Below, one piece after another: positions 49,526 through 59,869 of a stretch of DNA of 64,000 bases. Numbering within the stretch: position 1 is the first letter of the stretch; every line of letters begins with the position of its first letter. The translations under genes were made by a program, and so were the position numbers. This stretch comes from Bacteroidia bacterium (GTDB lineage Bacteria; Bacteroidota; Bacteroidia; J057; JADKCL01), in the NCBI GenBank assembly GCA_020635905.1, contig JACJYV010000005.1, positions 1,133-65,132 of the forward strand, read 5' to 3'. Under the pieces are notes generated by a model. It searched no databases and was not told the DNA's origin. It saw only the letters and a list, made by a program, of their open reading frames with translations.

Positions 49526-50854
49526 TTAAAAGCCATTGATGCTTTGGGTCCAGAGTTCCTGGCCGGTGCTGGAATAGACGGTGATTTTGAGGACCCGTTC
49601 TTTGCGGGTGCCGGTCACGTCGAGCATGGCAAAGTTGCGCTGGGAGACGTAGGTGCCCTTGACTCTCAGGAGGTTGGCTTCGTTGGCGGAGTCGTAAGAA
49701 GTGGAGGTCAGGGGTGAGACGGTGAGGTCGTAAATGTCGATTTTGTCGTCGGTGGTGAGGCGGGTGAGCTCGGTGTGGTGACGGTCGCCAGTGAGGAATA
49801 TCACTCCCTTGATTTGTTCGCGTTTGATGGCGTCGAGCAGCTTTTTGCGCTCTTCGGGGGCCACGTTGATGTAATTTTCGTAAACGGGAGCAGTGTTGAG
49901 GACCTGTCCGCCAATGCAAACAAATTTGAAGGGCGCCTTGCTGCCTTTCAGGGCATCTATGATCCATTGCAGCTGGGTTTCGCCTATGATGGTAGGTTCG
50001 CCCGTGACCCGCTCATTGGGTGAGCGGAAATAGCGGTCGTCGAGGAGGAAAAAGTCGAGATCTGACCAGGTAAACTGGCCGGTCACGCCGGGTCCGCCCT
50101 CGATTCCGTAGGAAGAATTGGCCCAAAAGTCTTTGAAGGCGGCCAGGGTCCAGTCTTTGTGGATGTAGCTGCGGTCGGCATCGTTGGGGCCGAAATCGTG
50201 GTCGTCCCAGGTGGCGTAATGGTGCACGGAGCCCAGGAGGGGCTGCATTTCGGGTTGGGAACGGGTGTGGGTGTAGCGGTAATAGATGCCGGTGCGGGTA
50301 TCCCAGTCGGCTTCGCGGAGATAGACGTTATCGCCCAGCCAGACCATGAACTGAGGTTTTTGGTTGAAAATGCTGCCCATGATCTCGTAATTGCCTCCAT
50401 AAGGATCGCCCGGGCGGTCGAAGGGGGCATCGTTGACGTAATGACAACTGCCAATGGCAAAGCGCACGGCCGGCGGCTCGGTGCGGTACTGCCAAAGGGC
50501 CTGAGATTCGAAGGCCAGATCCCAGGATATATCCACTTTCTCGTCGTTGATGTAGAGGGCATAGACGTACTGGTTGCCGGGCATGACCTGATCGCAGAGC
50601 AGGTGAGCGGTAAATCCGTCTTTGTGTTTGGTGGTCTCCGTGTCCGTAAACCAGCTGTTGCCCTTCTTGCCTTTGACCCAGTACTCTATTTTCACCTGGG
50701 CAGATTCTTTGGTTTGCACCCAGAGCATCACTTCGCGCATGCCCGAGTAGCCCACCATGGGTCCGGACTGGAGGAGATTGCTTTGAGCCAGGAGGGTGGC
50801 GGTGTTGCCCAGAGTAAGGCACAGGACGAGGAGGGTAAAGATCATTTTCTTCAT
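49526..50854 (-). CDS. alkaline phosphatase D (PhoD-like) family metallophosphatase
   Basis: Signal peptide. WLGDNVY, WDDHDFGPND, GDRHH motifs of the PhoD/calcineurin-like fold. Confidence 0.8.
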   Translation of the reverse strand: MKKMIFTLLVLCLTLGNTATLLAQSNLLQSGPMVGYSGMREVMLWVQTKESAQVKIEYWVKGKKGNSWFTDTETTKHKDGFTAHLLCDQVMPGNQYVYALYINDEKVDISWDLAFESQALWQYRTEPPAVRFAIGSCHYVNDAPFDRPGDPYGGNYEIMGSIFNQKPQFMVWLGDNVYLREADWDTRTGIYYRYTHTRSQPEMQPLLGSVHHYATWDDHDFGPNDADRSYIHKDWTLAAFKDFWANSSYGIEGGPGVTGQFTWSDLDFFLLDDRYFRSPNERVTGEPTIIGETQLQWIIDALKGSKAPFKFVCIGGQVLNTAPVYENYINVAPEERKKLLDAIKREQIKGVIFLTGDRHHTELTRLTTDDKIDIYDLTVSPLTSTSYDSANEANLLRVKGTYVSQRNFAMLDVTGTRKERVLKITVYSSTGQELWTQSINGF

Positions 50855-50955
50855 GCGTCAAATTTAATTAAAAAGCGGGCAAATATCAGAATGGCGGGCA
50901 GGCGGGTTGCCAGGTCTGATTTGCAACCCACTTTTAATAATATTGGGAGAATTTG

Positions 50956-51588
50956 CTATTGCGCCAGCACCTCTTTCAGCAGGGGCATAACTCCGTTGGC
51001 AATGTACTGGATACCAATGGTGAGCACGATGAAGCCCAGCATGCGCGACATGGCGCTGATGCCCGATTCGCCCATCCATCGCACCAGACGGGGGGAAACC
51101 TGCAAAATGCCCAGGGTAAGCAGGGCCACCAGCAGGATGGCAGAAATGATGATCAGGTAATCTGTCCAGCCGTCGGCTTCGCCGCTCATGCCAATGAGCA
51201 GGGCGATGGATCCGGGGCCGCTCAGCATGGGCATGGCCATGGGAGAAAAGGAAATATCCTCCCGGGTGGAGGCTTCCTCGGTCACCCGCTTGCCGACGGC
51301 GCGGGATTTGGCATGGCGGGCCTGCAGCAGGCCAAATCCGCTCTGGATGATGATCAGACCGCCAGCAATTTTCATCCCTTCGAGGCTGATGCCGAAGAAA
51401 TCAATGATGTAGGTGCCAGCCAGGAAGAAAACGATCAGGATCAGGGCCATGAAAAACGAGGATTTGATGGCCATGTTGCGGGAATAGGCTTTGTCTTCCC
51501 GTTGGGTCATGGAAACAAATACCGGCATGGCTCCCAGGGGATTCACCACGGAGAACAAAGCGGTAAAAGTTGCGAGTAAAAGATTCAT
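50956..51588 (-). CDS. MarC-family (UPF0056) integral membrane protein
   Basis: N-terminus FTALFSVVNPLGAMPVFVSMT is typical of MarC. Six predicted TM helices. Confidence 0.7.
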   Translation of the reverse strand: MNLLLATFTALFSVVNPLGAMPVFVSMTQREDKAYSRNMAIKSSFFMALILIVFFLAGTYIIDFFGISLEGMKIAGGLIIIQSGFGLLQARHAKSRAVGKRVTEEASTREDISFSPMAMPMLSGPGSIALLIGMSGEADGWTDYLIIISAILLVALLTLGILQVSPRLVRWMGESGISAMSRMLGFIVLTIGIQYIANGVMPLLKEVLAQ

Positions 51589-51800
51589 GAATTGAGTTTA
51601 CAGGTTGATTGTCAGAAAATTAAGCTTAAAAAGAACCAAAAAGGGTCCGTTTCGCGCCGCAAATATTGCCGGTTATTTTGAAAGGCCCAACTCGCTAACT
51701 ATTAATTTAATTTTAAGTTTTTATGCCCTTAAAAATTGATTCTGGGATAATTTTTTTATTTTCAATCCCTTGAGAAGTTGAAATAAAAATTCGATCAGCC

Positions 51801-52244
51801 ATGAACTGTTACCCCATTGCAAAAATATTTTTCACCCTGGTCTTCGCCCTCATTTTACTGAATGGATGCGGAAATTCGGACAAGGGATTGACCACAGAGG
51901 ATATTGCGGGTACCTGGGTGGTGACCAATAAGGTTTTCATTGACCATGGCCGCTCGATTGAGGATAAAAAATGCGGGGACGATAATATTTATTTTATGCC
52001 GGATATGGCTTTTCAGCGGGATGCCTGCGCCGGCCACAGCACGGGCAAGTGGTCTCTTCCTAAAGTAGGCGAACAGCAATACGTTTTGATGGATTATACC
52101 ACCAATAAGGATGCCGACTATGGAGATTCCTGCAAAGTGGTTTCCAGGGAAGGCAATAAAATGGTGCTGATTGCCCACATCGTGGCTCCCCCCAAATTTG
52201 ACTACGAGGTCAAAATGGTGATGGAGAAGAAGGTGGAGGAGTGA
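51801..52244 (+). CDS. lipoprotein, function unknown
   Basis: …LILLNGCGNSD lipobox. 147 aa. Confidence 0.45.
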   Translation: MNCYPIAKIFFTLVFALILLNGCGNSDKGLTTEDIAGTWVVTNKVFIDHGRSIEDKKCGDDNIYFMPDMAFQRDACAGHSTGKWSLPKVGEQQYVLMDYTTNKDADYGDSCKVVSREGNKMVLIAHIVAPPKFDYEVKMVMEKKVEE

Positions 52245-52329
52245 GCTGCGAGCTGTGAGCCACGAGCTGCGAACCACAAGCTTCAAGCCACGAGCCCCTG
52301 GAATCGAGTAACTCAGAACCGTAAACTGG

Positions 52330-55300
52330 TCACTGCTCCACCTCTATATTCCAAACCCATTGCCCCTGGTCATTCATGTAACCAACGTCCTGGCCTTTTT
52401 CGATGCGAATGAGGCCATTATACTCGCGGATGTCGTCGTATCCGGGTTCGAGAATCAGGTCGCCGTCCGTGGAGATGATGCCCGTGACGTGTGAGATTTT
52501 CACCTTGCAGAGGTTTTCGGAAAATTTCCCTATAAAATCGAATTTGGGAATGGCAGCTTCGCCGCCAGAAGTATTCAGAAAGCCCAGTTTTCGGTCTTTT
52601 TCCACCACTCCCAGTCCGTTTTCAAAGCTGCGCATCGATTGATAGCTGGTTTCCACCACCTTTTCACCCACCCGGTCAATGTAATTCCAGCCCTGCTCCG
52701 TGCGGACTGCGGCCAGGCCTTCCTCAAACTGCCTTGCTGACAAGAAGCTGTATTTGATCGCAACCGTTCCCTGGCGATCGATATACCCCCAGTAATGGCC
52801 TGATCTGGCCGGACAAAGTCCGTCACTGTAGGAGCCAAGACCGCTGTAAGCGGGTGGAAACACCCAGTCACCTTTGGCGTCAATTGCCCCCCAGTATCCG
52901 CCTGGACTTACGGTGGCCAGGCCTTCAGCAAAGGATCTCGCCCGGCTGAACTGCGGCTTGATTACTTCTTTTCCCGTTGAATCAATGTACCCAAACTGAG
53001 CTCCCAAACGAACCAGGGCCATTCCGCTGGAGAATGCTTCAACTTTCACGTAATGGGTTTTCTTCAGGATTTTTTGGGCAGGATTATACAAATGAACTCC
53101 TTTTTTCGAGCGGGCGGCATACCAACCCTGACCCAAATCATCCATGCGGAAGTAGTGATTGGGGAGCAGCCATTTGCCCTTTTTATCGATCAGACCCCAG
53201 CGTCCGTTTTTCCTGACCGGGGCAGCCCCGTATTTGAAGTTGCCGAAATAGCTGAATTCTGGATTTATCACCCATTCGCCGCTGGCATCAATGAAGCCGT
53301 AAAGGCCCTTTTCTGACACCGCAGCAAGCCCTTCACTGAATACCCCATGGCGTACAAAGTTGAGTTTCCCCACTCTTTCTCCCCTTGCATCCACCAGATG
53401 CCAGGTACGACGGTCCTGCACCCAACCCAGGCCCTCGCTGAAGGCAGAGGCCCCGTTGTACCGGGCGGGAATGATCCATTTCCCCTTTTTGTCAATGAAG
53501 CCCCAAAGGCGATTTTGCTTCGCAGGTGCCAGTCCATCCGTGAAATCTCCCACCTGCTCAAACACGGGACTCACCACCATATTTCCATCCAGTCCCACAA
53601 ATCCCCAGCCTGGTTTGTCCGTCAAAAGAGAAAGAAAAAGGGTGTCGCCCACGGGTAAATGGCGGATTCCATTATACTTTGGTTCAATCAGGATTTTCAT
53701 GGTACTGTCAAGGGCGCCCCAGTGTTTCTTTGCCTTGATGGTGGCCACTCCGTGGTCGAAATCAGAAAGATATTCATAGACAGGTTTTAAAACCCAGTTT
53801 CCCGACATGCTCAGGTAACCCCAGCTTCCTCCCTGGCATTCGTAGTACTTTATTTCGCTGCTTTTTTCGCCGTAGGGAGTACTTTTTCGCTCAAATAAAG
53901 TCTCGGGGCCTGGTTCGGATTTTGCCACCAGATTGCCTCCCAGATTCACCCGAAAAACTCCGTTTTTCAGTTCTCCCACAAATCCTATTTTACCCATTCT
54001 GGGGATGGATCCCCTGCGGTTGATAAAGCTGTAACCACCCGGGCCCCTGCAAACAGCCACATCTCCCTGCTCAAAATCCTCCATGCGAATTTCTGTAAAT
54101 GCAGGAGAAATCACCAGCTTTCCATCAGGCGTGGCCAGTCCGTACAGGTGTTTTGTGCCGGAAACCTGGTCCAGCAACACCAAATTTGCCTTTTTAAACA
54201 GGGTGACTGCATTGTAGGCTGGCTTCAGCAACAATTGCCCTGTGGCGGGGTCGCGGTAACCATATTTCCCCGAAGGGCGGTGCACAAACCATCCCTCCCC
54301 TGCATTGGTGGAAATTCCGGACATGCCAGAAATACCCCTGCCCGGGGTGGAACCCCGGCCCGAATAGGGACTGACCGGGCCACCTTTGGTCAGGATAAAT
54401 TTGCGGGTGCGGGTAAATTCTCCGTCTGCATCAAAGTAAAACATTTCAGGGTCCCCATCAGGATTTTCCCAGGCTTTGACCACACCCCCGTAGCGGGTGA
54501 TTCCCTGGTATGCAAAAGGCACCATTTCCCGGCCATCGGCGTGTACCACGCCCCATTTTCCGTCTTTTTGGGCTAGCGCCACTTCAAATTCAAACTCAGA
54601 AATGGATTGCAATACAGGCTCAATCAACCATTTGCCTGAAGTATCGACCAGTCCCCACAGGCTTCCATCCCGCACGGTGAACTTATTTCCTGATTCGTAA
54701 ATAATCTCCTCATACTGAGGCGGAAGAATCAATTTTCCCTGCCGATTGGTCAGGCCCCATTCCTGGCCCAGTTTGAGGGAAGCAAATCCGATTTGCAGGG
54801 GCGTGACCAGGTCAAACTGAGGTTGGAACAAAATATTTCCCCGGGTGTTGCCCAGGCCGTAAGCCTTTCCATTTGAAATGACCACCCAACCTTCGCCGGG
54901 CACCGTCACAGAGGACCAGGCAGGTTCAAAGATGATTTTTCCCGTCGTATCAGCCAATCCTTTCTGACTGGAACTACCCAAAGTGATAAATTCGCCTCCC
55001 AGATACTCTACGTATTCGAAACGCGGCTCAATCCAGACTTTCCCCCTGGGAGATAATAATCCTTCCAAATCTCCTTTTTTGACCACAAATGCACCCCGGC
55101 TCATTTCCACATCTTCATACAAAGCAGGCACGATCAGTTTGCCGCGGGCATTGGCCACGCCCCAGCCTTCCTCCAGGTGCACAAAAAACGAAGAGTCATT
55201 TTTGAGCAAAACTCCTTTGTACACGGGTTCCAGAATCAGGCGTCCGTCGCGGCTGCATACCCCCCAAAGGCCCTCCTGATAGCCGAACTGGCCAGGGAGA

Positions 55301-55746
55301 CAATCATTACAACCCCGAAAAAAATCTTTCTCCTGGCAGATTTTACATTCATTTTCTATGTCCAGGTGGTCAAAGGTTGGAGGGAAAATTTTCTTTAAAT
55401 CCAGGTTGATAAATCCCCATTTGCCTGTATTTTTCCCGTTTACCACCTCCCCTTCCTCCTGAAAAGCATAGATTCCGCGGGTCACATTCCTGAGAAAAGG
55501 GTAGGCAGGCGGCAACACAATGGCCCCAGAGGAATCCATGAGCCCGATTTTTCCATTGAGGGTAATTTCTGCCACGCCTTCATGAAAAGCCCCCACCCGT
55601 TCGAACAGGGGCTCAAGTTTCATTTCGCCCGCAGCGTCAATCAGGCCCCATTTGCCGTCTTTGCGGATGGGGTAAACCTGGGCAGGAGAAAGGTTGGCCA
55701 GCACGACCAGGACCAGAATCAGGGGAAGGATTATCTTGGTTTTCAT
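52330..55746 (-). CDS. WG-repeat (KWG-like) containing protein, about 25 tandem repeats
   Basis: Recurrent ...DGKWGLID..GK.VI.P.Y..V..F.EGLA.V units throughout 1138 aa. Signal peptide. Confidence 0.7.
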   Translation of the reverse strand: MKTKIILPLILVLVVLANLSPAQVYPIRKDGKWGLIDAAGEMKLEPLFERVGAFHEGVAEITLNGKIGLMDSSGAIVLPPAYPFLRNVTRGIYAFQEEGEVVNGKNTGKWGFINLDLKKIFPPTFDHLDIENECKICQEKDFFRGCNDCLPGQFGYQEGLWGVCSRDGRLILEPVYKGVLLKNDSSFFVHLEEGWGVANARGKLIVPALYEDVEMSRGAFVVKKGDLEGLLSPRGKVWIEPRFEYVEYLGGEFITLGSSSQKGLADTTGKIIFEPAWSSVTVPGEGWVVISNGKAYGLGNTRGNILFQPQFDLVTPLQIGFASLKLGQEWGLTNRQGKLILPPQYEEIIYESGNKFTVRDGSLWGLVDTSGKWLIEPVLQSISEFEFEVALAQKDGKWGVVHADGREMVPFAYQGITRYGGVVKAWENPDGDPEMFYFDADGEFTRTRKFILTKGGPVSPYSGRGSTPGRGISGMSGISTNAGEGWFVHRPSGKYGYRDPATGQLLLKPAYNAVTLFKKANLVLLDQVSGTKHLYGLATPDGKLVISPAFTEIRMEDFEQGDVAVCRGPGGYSFINRRGSIPRMGKIGFVGELKNGVFRVNLGGNLVAKSEPGPETLFERKSTPYGEKSSEIKYYECQGGSWGYLSMSGNWVLKPVYEYLSDFDHGVATIKAKKHWGALDSTMKILIEPKYNGIRHLPVGDTLFLSLLTDKPGWGFVGLDGNMVVSPVFEQVGDFTDGLAPAKQNRLWGFIDKKGKWIIPARYNGASAFSEGLGWVQDRRTWHLVDARGERVGKLNFVRHGVFSEGLAAVSEKGLYGFIDASGEWVINPEFSYFGNFKYGAAPVRKNGRWGLIDKKGKWLLPNHYFRMDDLGQGWYAARSKKGVHLYNPAQKILKKTHYVKVEAFSSGMALVRLGAQFGYIDSTGKEVIKPQFSRARSFAEGLATVSPGGYWGAIDAKGDWVFPPAYSGLGSYSDGLCPARSGHYWGYIDRQGTVAIKYSFLSARQFEEGLAAVRTEQGWNYIDRVGEKVVETSYQSMRSFENGLGVVEKDRKLGFLNTSGGEAAIPKFDFIGKFSENLCKVKISHVTGIISTDGDLILEPGYDDIREYNGLIRIEKGQDVGYMNDQGQWVWNIEVEQ

Positions 55747-55897
55747 GGCTTTTCTGTTCTGATGGGACCCGGAAACCCTGCCCCGCCTCAGGCGAGAGCG
55801 GGACAGGTAAACCGATTCCAGGTCTGCTAATGGTTCACGGCTTGTTAAAAATCAGGTTGTTTACCGCTGAGTCCGGACGGATCGCCGGAGAAATTGA

Positions 55898-57286
55898 TCA
55901 GATTCCCAGGGCCCTTTTCAGGTCGATGGGAGTATTGATCTCAAGGGGCAGGGATTGCATATTGAAGGCGTAATTTCCCGTTTTACGGGCCGCAAAAAGG
56001 TCCATGGAGTTGAAATCTTCCTGGCTGAAAACCGCCAGTTTGTTTCCCCCCACCACGGCCACCAATTTGTTGTCTTCCGTGGGATCGAAGGTGATGATCG
56101 TACCCTGAGCAGTGTTGTAGGGGATGACCGCACGGGCGCTGCCCGTGACCAGATAAACCAGCGGCGGGGCCTGGGTTTGGCCTTCAAATTTGAAGGCCGA
56201 GGCTACCTGGACGGCATCGGGACGTTTATAAAAGCGGTCGCAATTATAGGTGCCAAAAGATTGCACCTGAAAGGTTCTTACCATATCTGCCTGCAGGGCA
56301 ATGCGTTTTTCCTCGGCAGTGCGGGCTTCCATGGCGACTTCATACTCGGCCATGGCTTTTTGGAGCTGAGAACGGACTTTGGCGGCATTTTTACCTTCCA
56401 CCACTGGCTCCACTTCCATGGTAAACTGTTTGCTCTGGTTGCTGAGCGACAATTCATACCTGCCTTTGCGGGAGGATTTTTCATATAATCTCACATCCGT
56501 CCAGACTTCAGAAAAAGCCCATTCATTTTTGCTCAATTCATTTTCCCCACCTGCATATTCCCACTTGATACCCTCAAAAGCCTTGAGTTCGGGAAAGGCA
56601 CTGTAGTCCACCCCAAAATCGAAAACCAGATCCATTTGAGCCTCAGTCACTTCGCGAATGTTTTGCGGGGAAGGAGGCAGAGGTTGCTCGCTCAGCACAT
56701 TCAGGGCCAGTTTCTTGTCTTCATTGGTCCTGGTTTGGGGCTCGCCCAGATACTCCCAGTTATTATTTTCAGGATTGAGAAAGTAAAGATTATACCCTTC
56801 TTCCTGGGTAAAAGAGGCCAGCGAAACCTGGATTTGCTGCCCGGAAGCCAGAAAAACCTCGTTTCCATTCTGGCTGGCATTGAGCTCCATCATCCCTGCG
56901 GTCTGAAAGTCGTATTCCTTTCCTGAGGAGTCGTATTTCATGGGGATGCCGCTCAGCAGGAGGTCGGCAGCGTCGTGAAATTCGCGGTAGTCAATTTCCA
57001 CCCGGCCGGTCAGCGGGTGGCCCGCTGCATCCACCATGGCATTGGCAGGAATCTGAATCACTGTGCCCGTAGGCATGGAAATGGTACCTCCTGTGGTGGC
57101 ATCAATCTCGAATTTGGTGCGCGGCACGTCCAGATGACCAAAAGCGGGCTGAATCTGACGAACCAGGGTTTGCGGGGAGAGTTCACCCGGCTGAACGGGC
57201 GAGGTGCATTGCCAGGCCATGATTGAAACCAGGGAAAGGACCAGCATGAGAGCCATGGGGCGGGTTGAAAATTTCGAACGTTTCAT
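55898..57286 (-). CDS. secreted protein, function unknown
   Basis: Start at MKRSKFSTRPMALMLVLSLVSIMAWQC (signal peptide). The annotated longer start at 57364 is unlikely. Confidence 0.45.
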   Translation of the reverse strand: MKRSKFSTRPMALMLVLSLVSIMAWQCTSPVQPGELSPQTLVRQIQPAFGHLDVPRTKFEIDATTGGTISMPTGTVIQIPANAMVDAAGHPLTGRVEIDYREFHDAADLLLSGIPMKYDSSGKEYDFQTAGMMELNASQNGNEVFLASGQQIQVSLASFTQEEGYNLYFLNPENNNWEYLGEPQTRTNEDKKLALNVLSEQPLPPSPQNIREVTEAQMDLVFDFGVDYSAFPELKAFEGIKWEYAGGENELSKNEWAFSEVWTDVRLYEKSSRKGRYELSLSNQSKQFTMEVEPVVEGKNAAKVRSQLQKAMAEYEVAMEARTAEEKRIALQADMVRTFQVQSFGTYNCDRFYKRPDAVQVASAFKFEGQTQAPPLVYLVTGSARAVIPYNTAQGTIITFDPTEDNKLVAVVGGNKLAVFSQEDFNSMDLFAARKTGNYAFNMQSLPLEINTPIDLKRALGI

Positions 57287-57503
57287 TGTCTTTGGGTTTT
57301 GGTTCACAAACAAATTCGGGTTAGGGTCAGACATACTGATCCATGTCCCTGCAGGTCCTTCCAATGCAAATGCAGGAAGGTAACAGGGATAAAAGGCAAA
57401 AGGCCGTTACGGGAATTTCCTTTGGAGAGGTAACGGTTAATTTACGGAAAGTTACAGGCAGGAGAAAGAGATTTTTGGAAAAGGATCACTACCTTGGTCA
57501 GCA

Positions 57504-58139
57504 ATGAAGCTGAGCCAACTCCTGCTGTATGTGCTGGTCTTTTTGCCCGCCTGCCTGGCGGCTCAGGCTGCGCCTTCGCCCGACGATCTGGTCGCCAAAG
57601 GCTTCAAACGCTACTCCCTCGAATCTGCCGTTATCGAGTACAACCTCTCAGGCAGCCGGGCGGGCCGCGAAACCCTGTATTTCGATCATTTTGGCTGGCG
57701 CGAATCCCTTTTTTCAGGCTTCGTTTGCATTCCCTTTGGCTGGCAGGAAGAACAATCCCGCCAAAAAACCCTGCTGGCTCTGATCGAATTCAACCTGGAC
57801 CTGAACGAAAAAAAGGGCACCCAAATGCCCAATACCCAGCTTTTGTCCCAATATCAGCACGCCACCCAAAAGGAGCTTTACCTGGCCGACAGCCTCACCC
57901 TGCGCAGCATGGGCGCCGATTTTCTGGGCAGGGAAAAGATTTTAGGTAAAAAATGCCTGATTTTCGAATTGAAATTCCTGGGCACCACTTTGTGGATCTG
58001 GGACGGAATTATTCTGAAGAAAAAAGTGCATTTCGCTGGCGAAAGCTACCTCTCAGAGGCCATTTCCATTCGGCCAGGCGCAAAACCAGACGAAGCAAAA
58101 TTCACCATTCCCGAAGGGATAGAAATGCGTTACCATTGA
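57504..58139 (+). CDS. secreted protein, function unknown
   Basis: Signal peptide MKLSQLLLYVLVFLPACLAAQA. 211 aa. Confidence 0.45.
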   Translation: MKLSQLLLYVLVFLPACLAAQAAPSPDDLVAKGFKRYSLESAVIEYNLSGSRAGRETLYFDHFGWRESLFSGFVCIPFGWQEEQSRQKTLLALIEFNLDLNEKKGTQMPNTQLLSQYQHATQKELYLADSLTLRSMGADFLGREKILGKKCLIFELKFLGTTLWIWDGIILKKKVHFAGESYLSEAISIRPGAKPDEAKFTIPEGIEMRYH

Positions 58140-58145
58140 GCAGCC

Positions 58146-59690
58146 TCATTTGGGGTACTTCCAGGATTTCGCCGTTTCGAGAAACTTTTGATAATCAGGA
58201 TTCGTGTTGCCAGCGTAGGTTTCCCCTCCCAGCGATCTCCTGATAATATACCTGTAGTACCAGTTTTGGGGATCACCAGCCTCCAGCTTCAGGGCAATTT
58301 CAATGGCAGCCAGGGCCTCCCTGGGTCGGCCAAGTTTATCCAGCAGCATGGCCTTGAGTTTATACACCCTGTAATCTTTCCAGCCCAATATTTCCGCCTC
58401 ATTCAGGTCTTCCAGAGACTTTTCCAATAGATCTGACCTCCCGTACAAACCACTCCAGAAACTGGCCTGCGCCCGTCCATAGTGCAAAATCCCCTCCCGG
58501 GGATGCCGCAGAATCAGTGAATCAAAATGATTCACAAAAAAATCCCCGCTGGTGTTACCCACTCCCGTTTCCAGCGCTCTGATCGCCGCATGAAAAGACG
58601 GTTCCAATCTTCCAGATTGATACAAAGCCAGCGAAAGCTCAAACCAGGTTCGCGCATATTCAGAAATTCCCAGCGGACGGTCCTGCAAATGGGTTTCGGG
58701 AATGGCATCAATGTCCGATTGCAGATCACGGGCCGCTCCCTCGTAATCACCCAAAGTCTCCATTTTGAATTTTGCCCGCACCATATTCATGCCCAACGGA
58801 TTTTTGCTGTGCAAAACCAGCCAATCATAGTCCAGCAGGGCATTTTCAGGTTGGTTATGCTTCGCATACAGCCTGGCCCGCCTGAAATAAATTTGCTCAG
58901 CCTCTGTACAGGCTTCCCCCTCAGATCCACCCAAAGTTTGGGTCAAAAACTGAAGGGCATTCGAAAAATCTCCCGTCAATTCAGACACATTCGTCAGCAG
59001 AAAAAGGGCCCTGCAATCCCGGATTCCACCATTTTTTTGAATCCCCTGCTCAATTTCATCCCTCGCCTGCTCATAATTCTCCAGCCCCAAAAAACGTTCG
59101 GCCCGGCTGAAATAATACGAAGCAGTCAGATTCTCCTCTTTGAGAAAATTGAGAGATTTTTCAGAGTCAACTATCACCGCCTGCGTTTGCTTCAACAGGG
59201 GCAGCGTATGAGGAGTCAAGCCGCGGCGGGTCAACTTTTGTACCTCACTTCCCATTATATCCCACCCATCTCCCTGATTCAAAAAGAGCCTGAACCAGCC
59301 CGGCGAGAAAACCAGGGAATCCACCCCGTCCATTGCGCCGCCACCATTGGGACCTCTTATTCCAAAAAAATCCACCACCATATTTCGCTTGCCCACCTGC
59401 AGCAAAACCCGGGAAAAATTCCCAGCAGAATTTTGCAGTGAATCAGGCTCCACGGACAAATAAAACCTGTAACCATCTGTCGGAAAAATTTCCTCCACCA
59501 CCTTCCCATTGGCCATACTGAACGCTCTCACCTGATTTCCAGCCTTTTCCGAAAAATCCAGGGGGTTTAGTTGCTCATTCAGCAGGTGCGAAATCACCAA
59601 ACCTCCCGGCCCCCCGGGCTGGGCAAAAGCCAGGCTGGCGCACATCAATATCCATCCAAAAACAAAGGTACTTTTCATCCAAAAAGCCAT
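58146..59690 (-). CDS. TPR-like repeat protein, secreted
   Basis: Signal peptide. Multiple 34-aa helical-hairpin repeats with W/L/G/Y/A/F/A/P pattern (e.g. YRRARLYAKHNQPENALLDYDWLV…, GRPREALAAIEIALKLEAGDPQNWYYR). Confidence 0.5.
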   Translation of the reverse strand: MAFWMKSTFVFGWILMCASLAFAQPGGPGGLVISHLLNEQLNPLDFSEKAGNQVRAFSMANGKVVEEIFPTDGYRFYLSVEPDSLQNSAGNFSRVLLQVGKRNMVVDFFGIRGPNGGGAMDGVDSLVFSPGWFRLFLNQGDGWDIMGSEVQKLTRRGLTPHTLPLLKQTQAVIVDSEKSLNFLKEENLTASYYFSRAERFLGLENYEQARDEIEQGIQKNGGIRDCRALFLLTNVSELTGDFSNALQFLTQTLGGSEGEACTEAEQIYFRRARLYAKHNQPENALLDYDWLVLHSKNPLGMNMVRAKFKMETLGDYEGAARDLQSDIDAIPETHLQDRPLGISEYARTWFELSLALYQSGRLEPSFHAAIRALETGVGNTSGDFFVNHFDSLILRHPREGILHYGRAQASFWSGLYGRSDLLEKSLEDLNEAEILGWKDYRVYKLKAMLLDKLGRPREALAAIEIALKLEAGDPQNWYYRYIIRRSLGGETYAGNTNPDYQKFLETAKSWKYPK

Positions 59691-59869
59691 TCAAAGGTGA
59701 CCTCAAGTTAACCCAATTAGGGAAAAAATATTGCAGTCACCCCAAAAATCCGCCTGTTGAAAACCTGCAAAACTTCAGTTTGAAGTTCGGCGCAGCAATC
59801 CACATCTTTGTGGGAAGATGAACTGAATTAATCTTAGATTGTCTCCATGATTTAGAGTAGATTCGTTTA

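Noticed and set aside
50159-51579. 333-aa and 208-aa + strand ORFs
   Set aside because: Antisense to PhoD (WDDHD/GDRHH motifs on - strand) and MarC. Products are Gly/His/Ala low-complexity.
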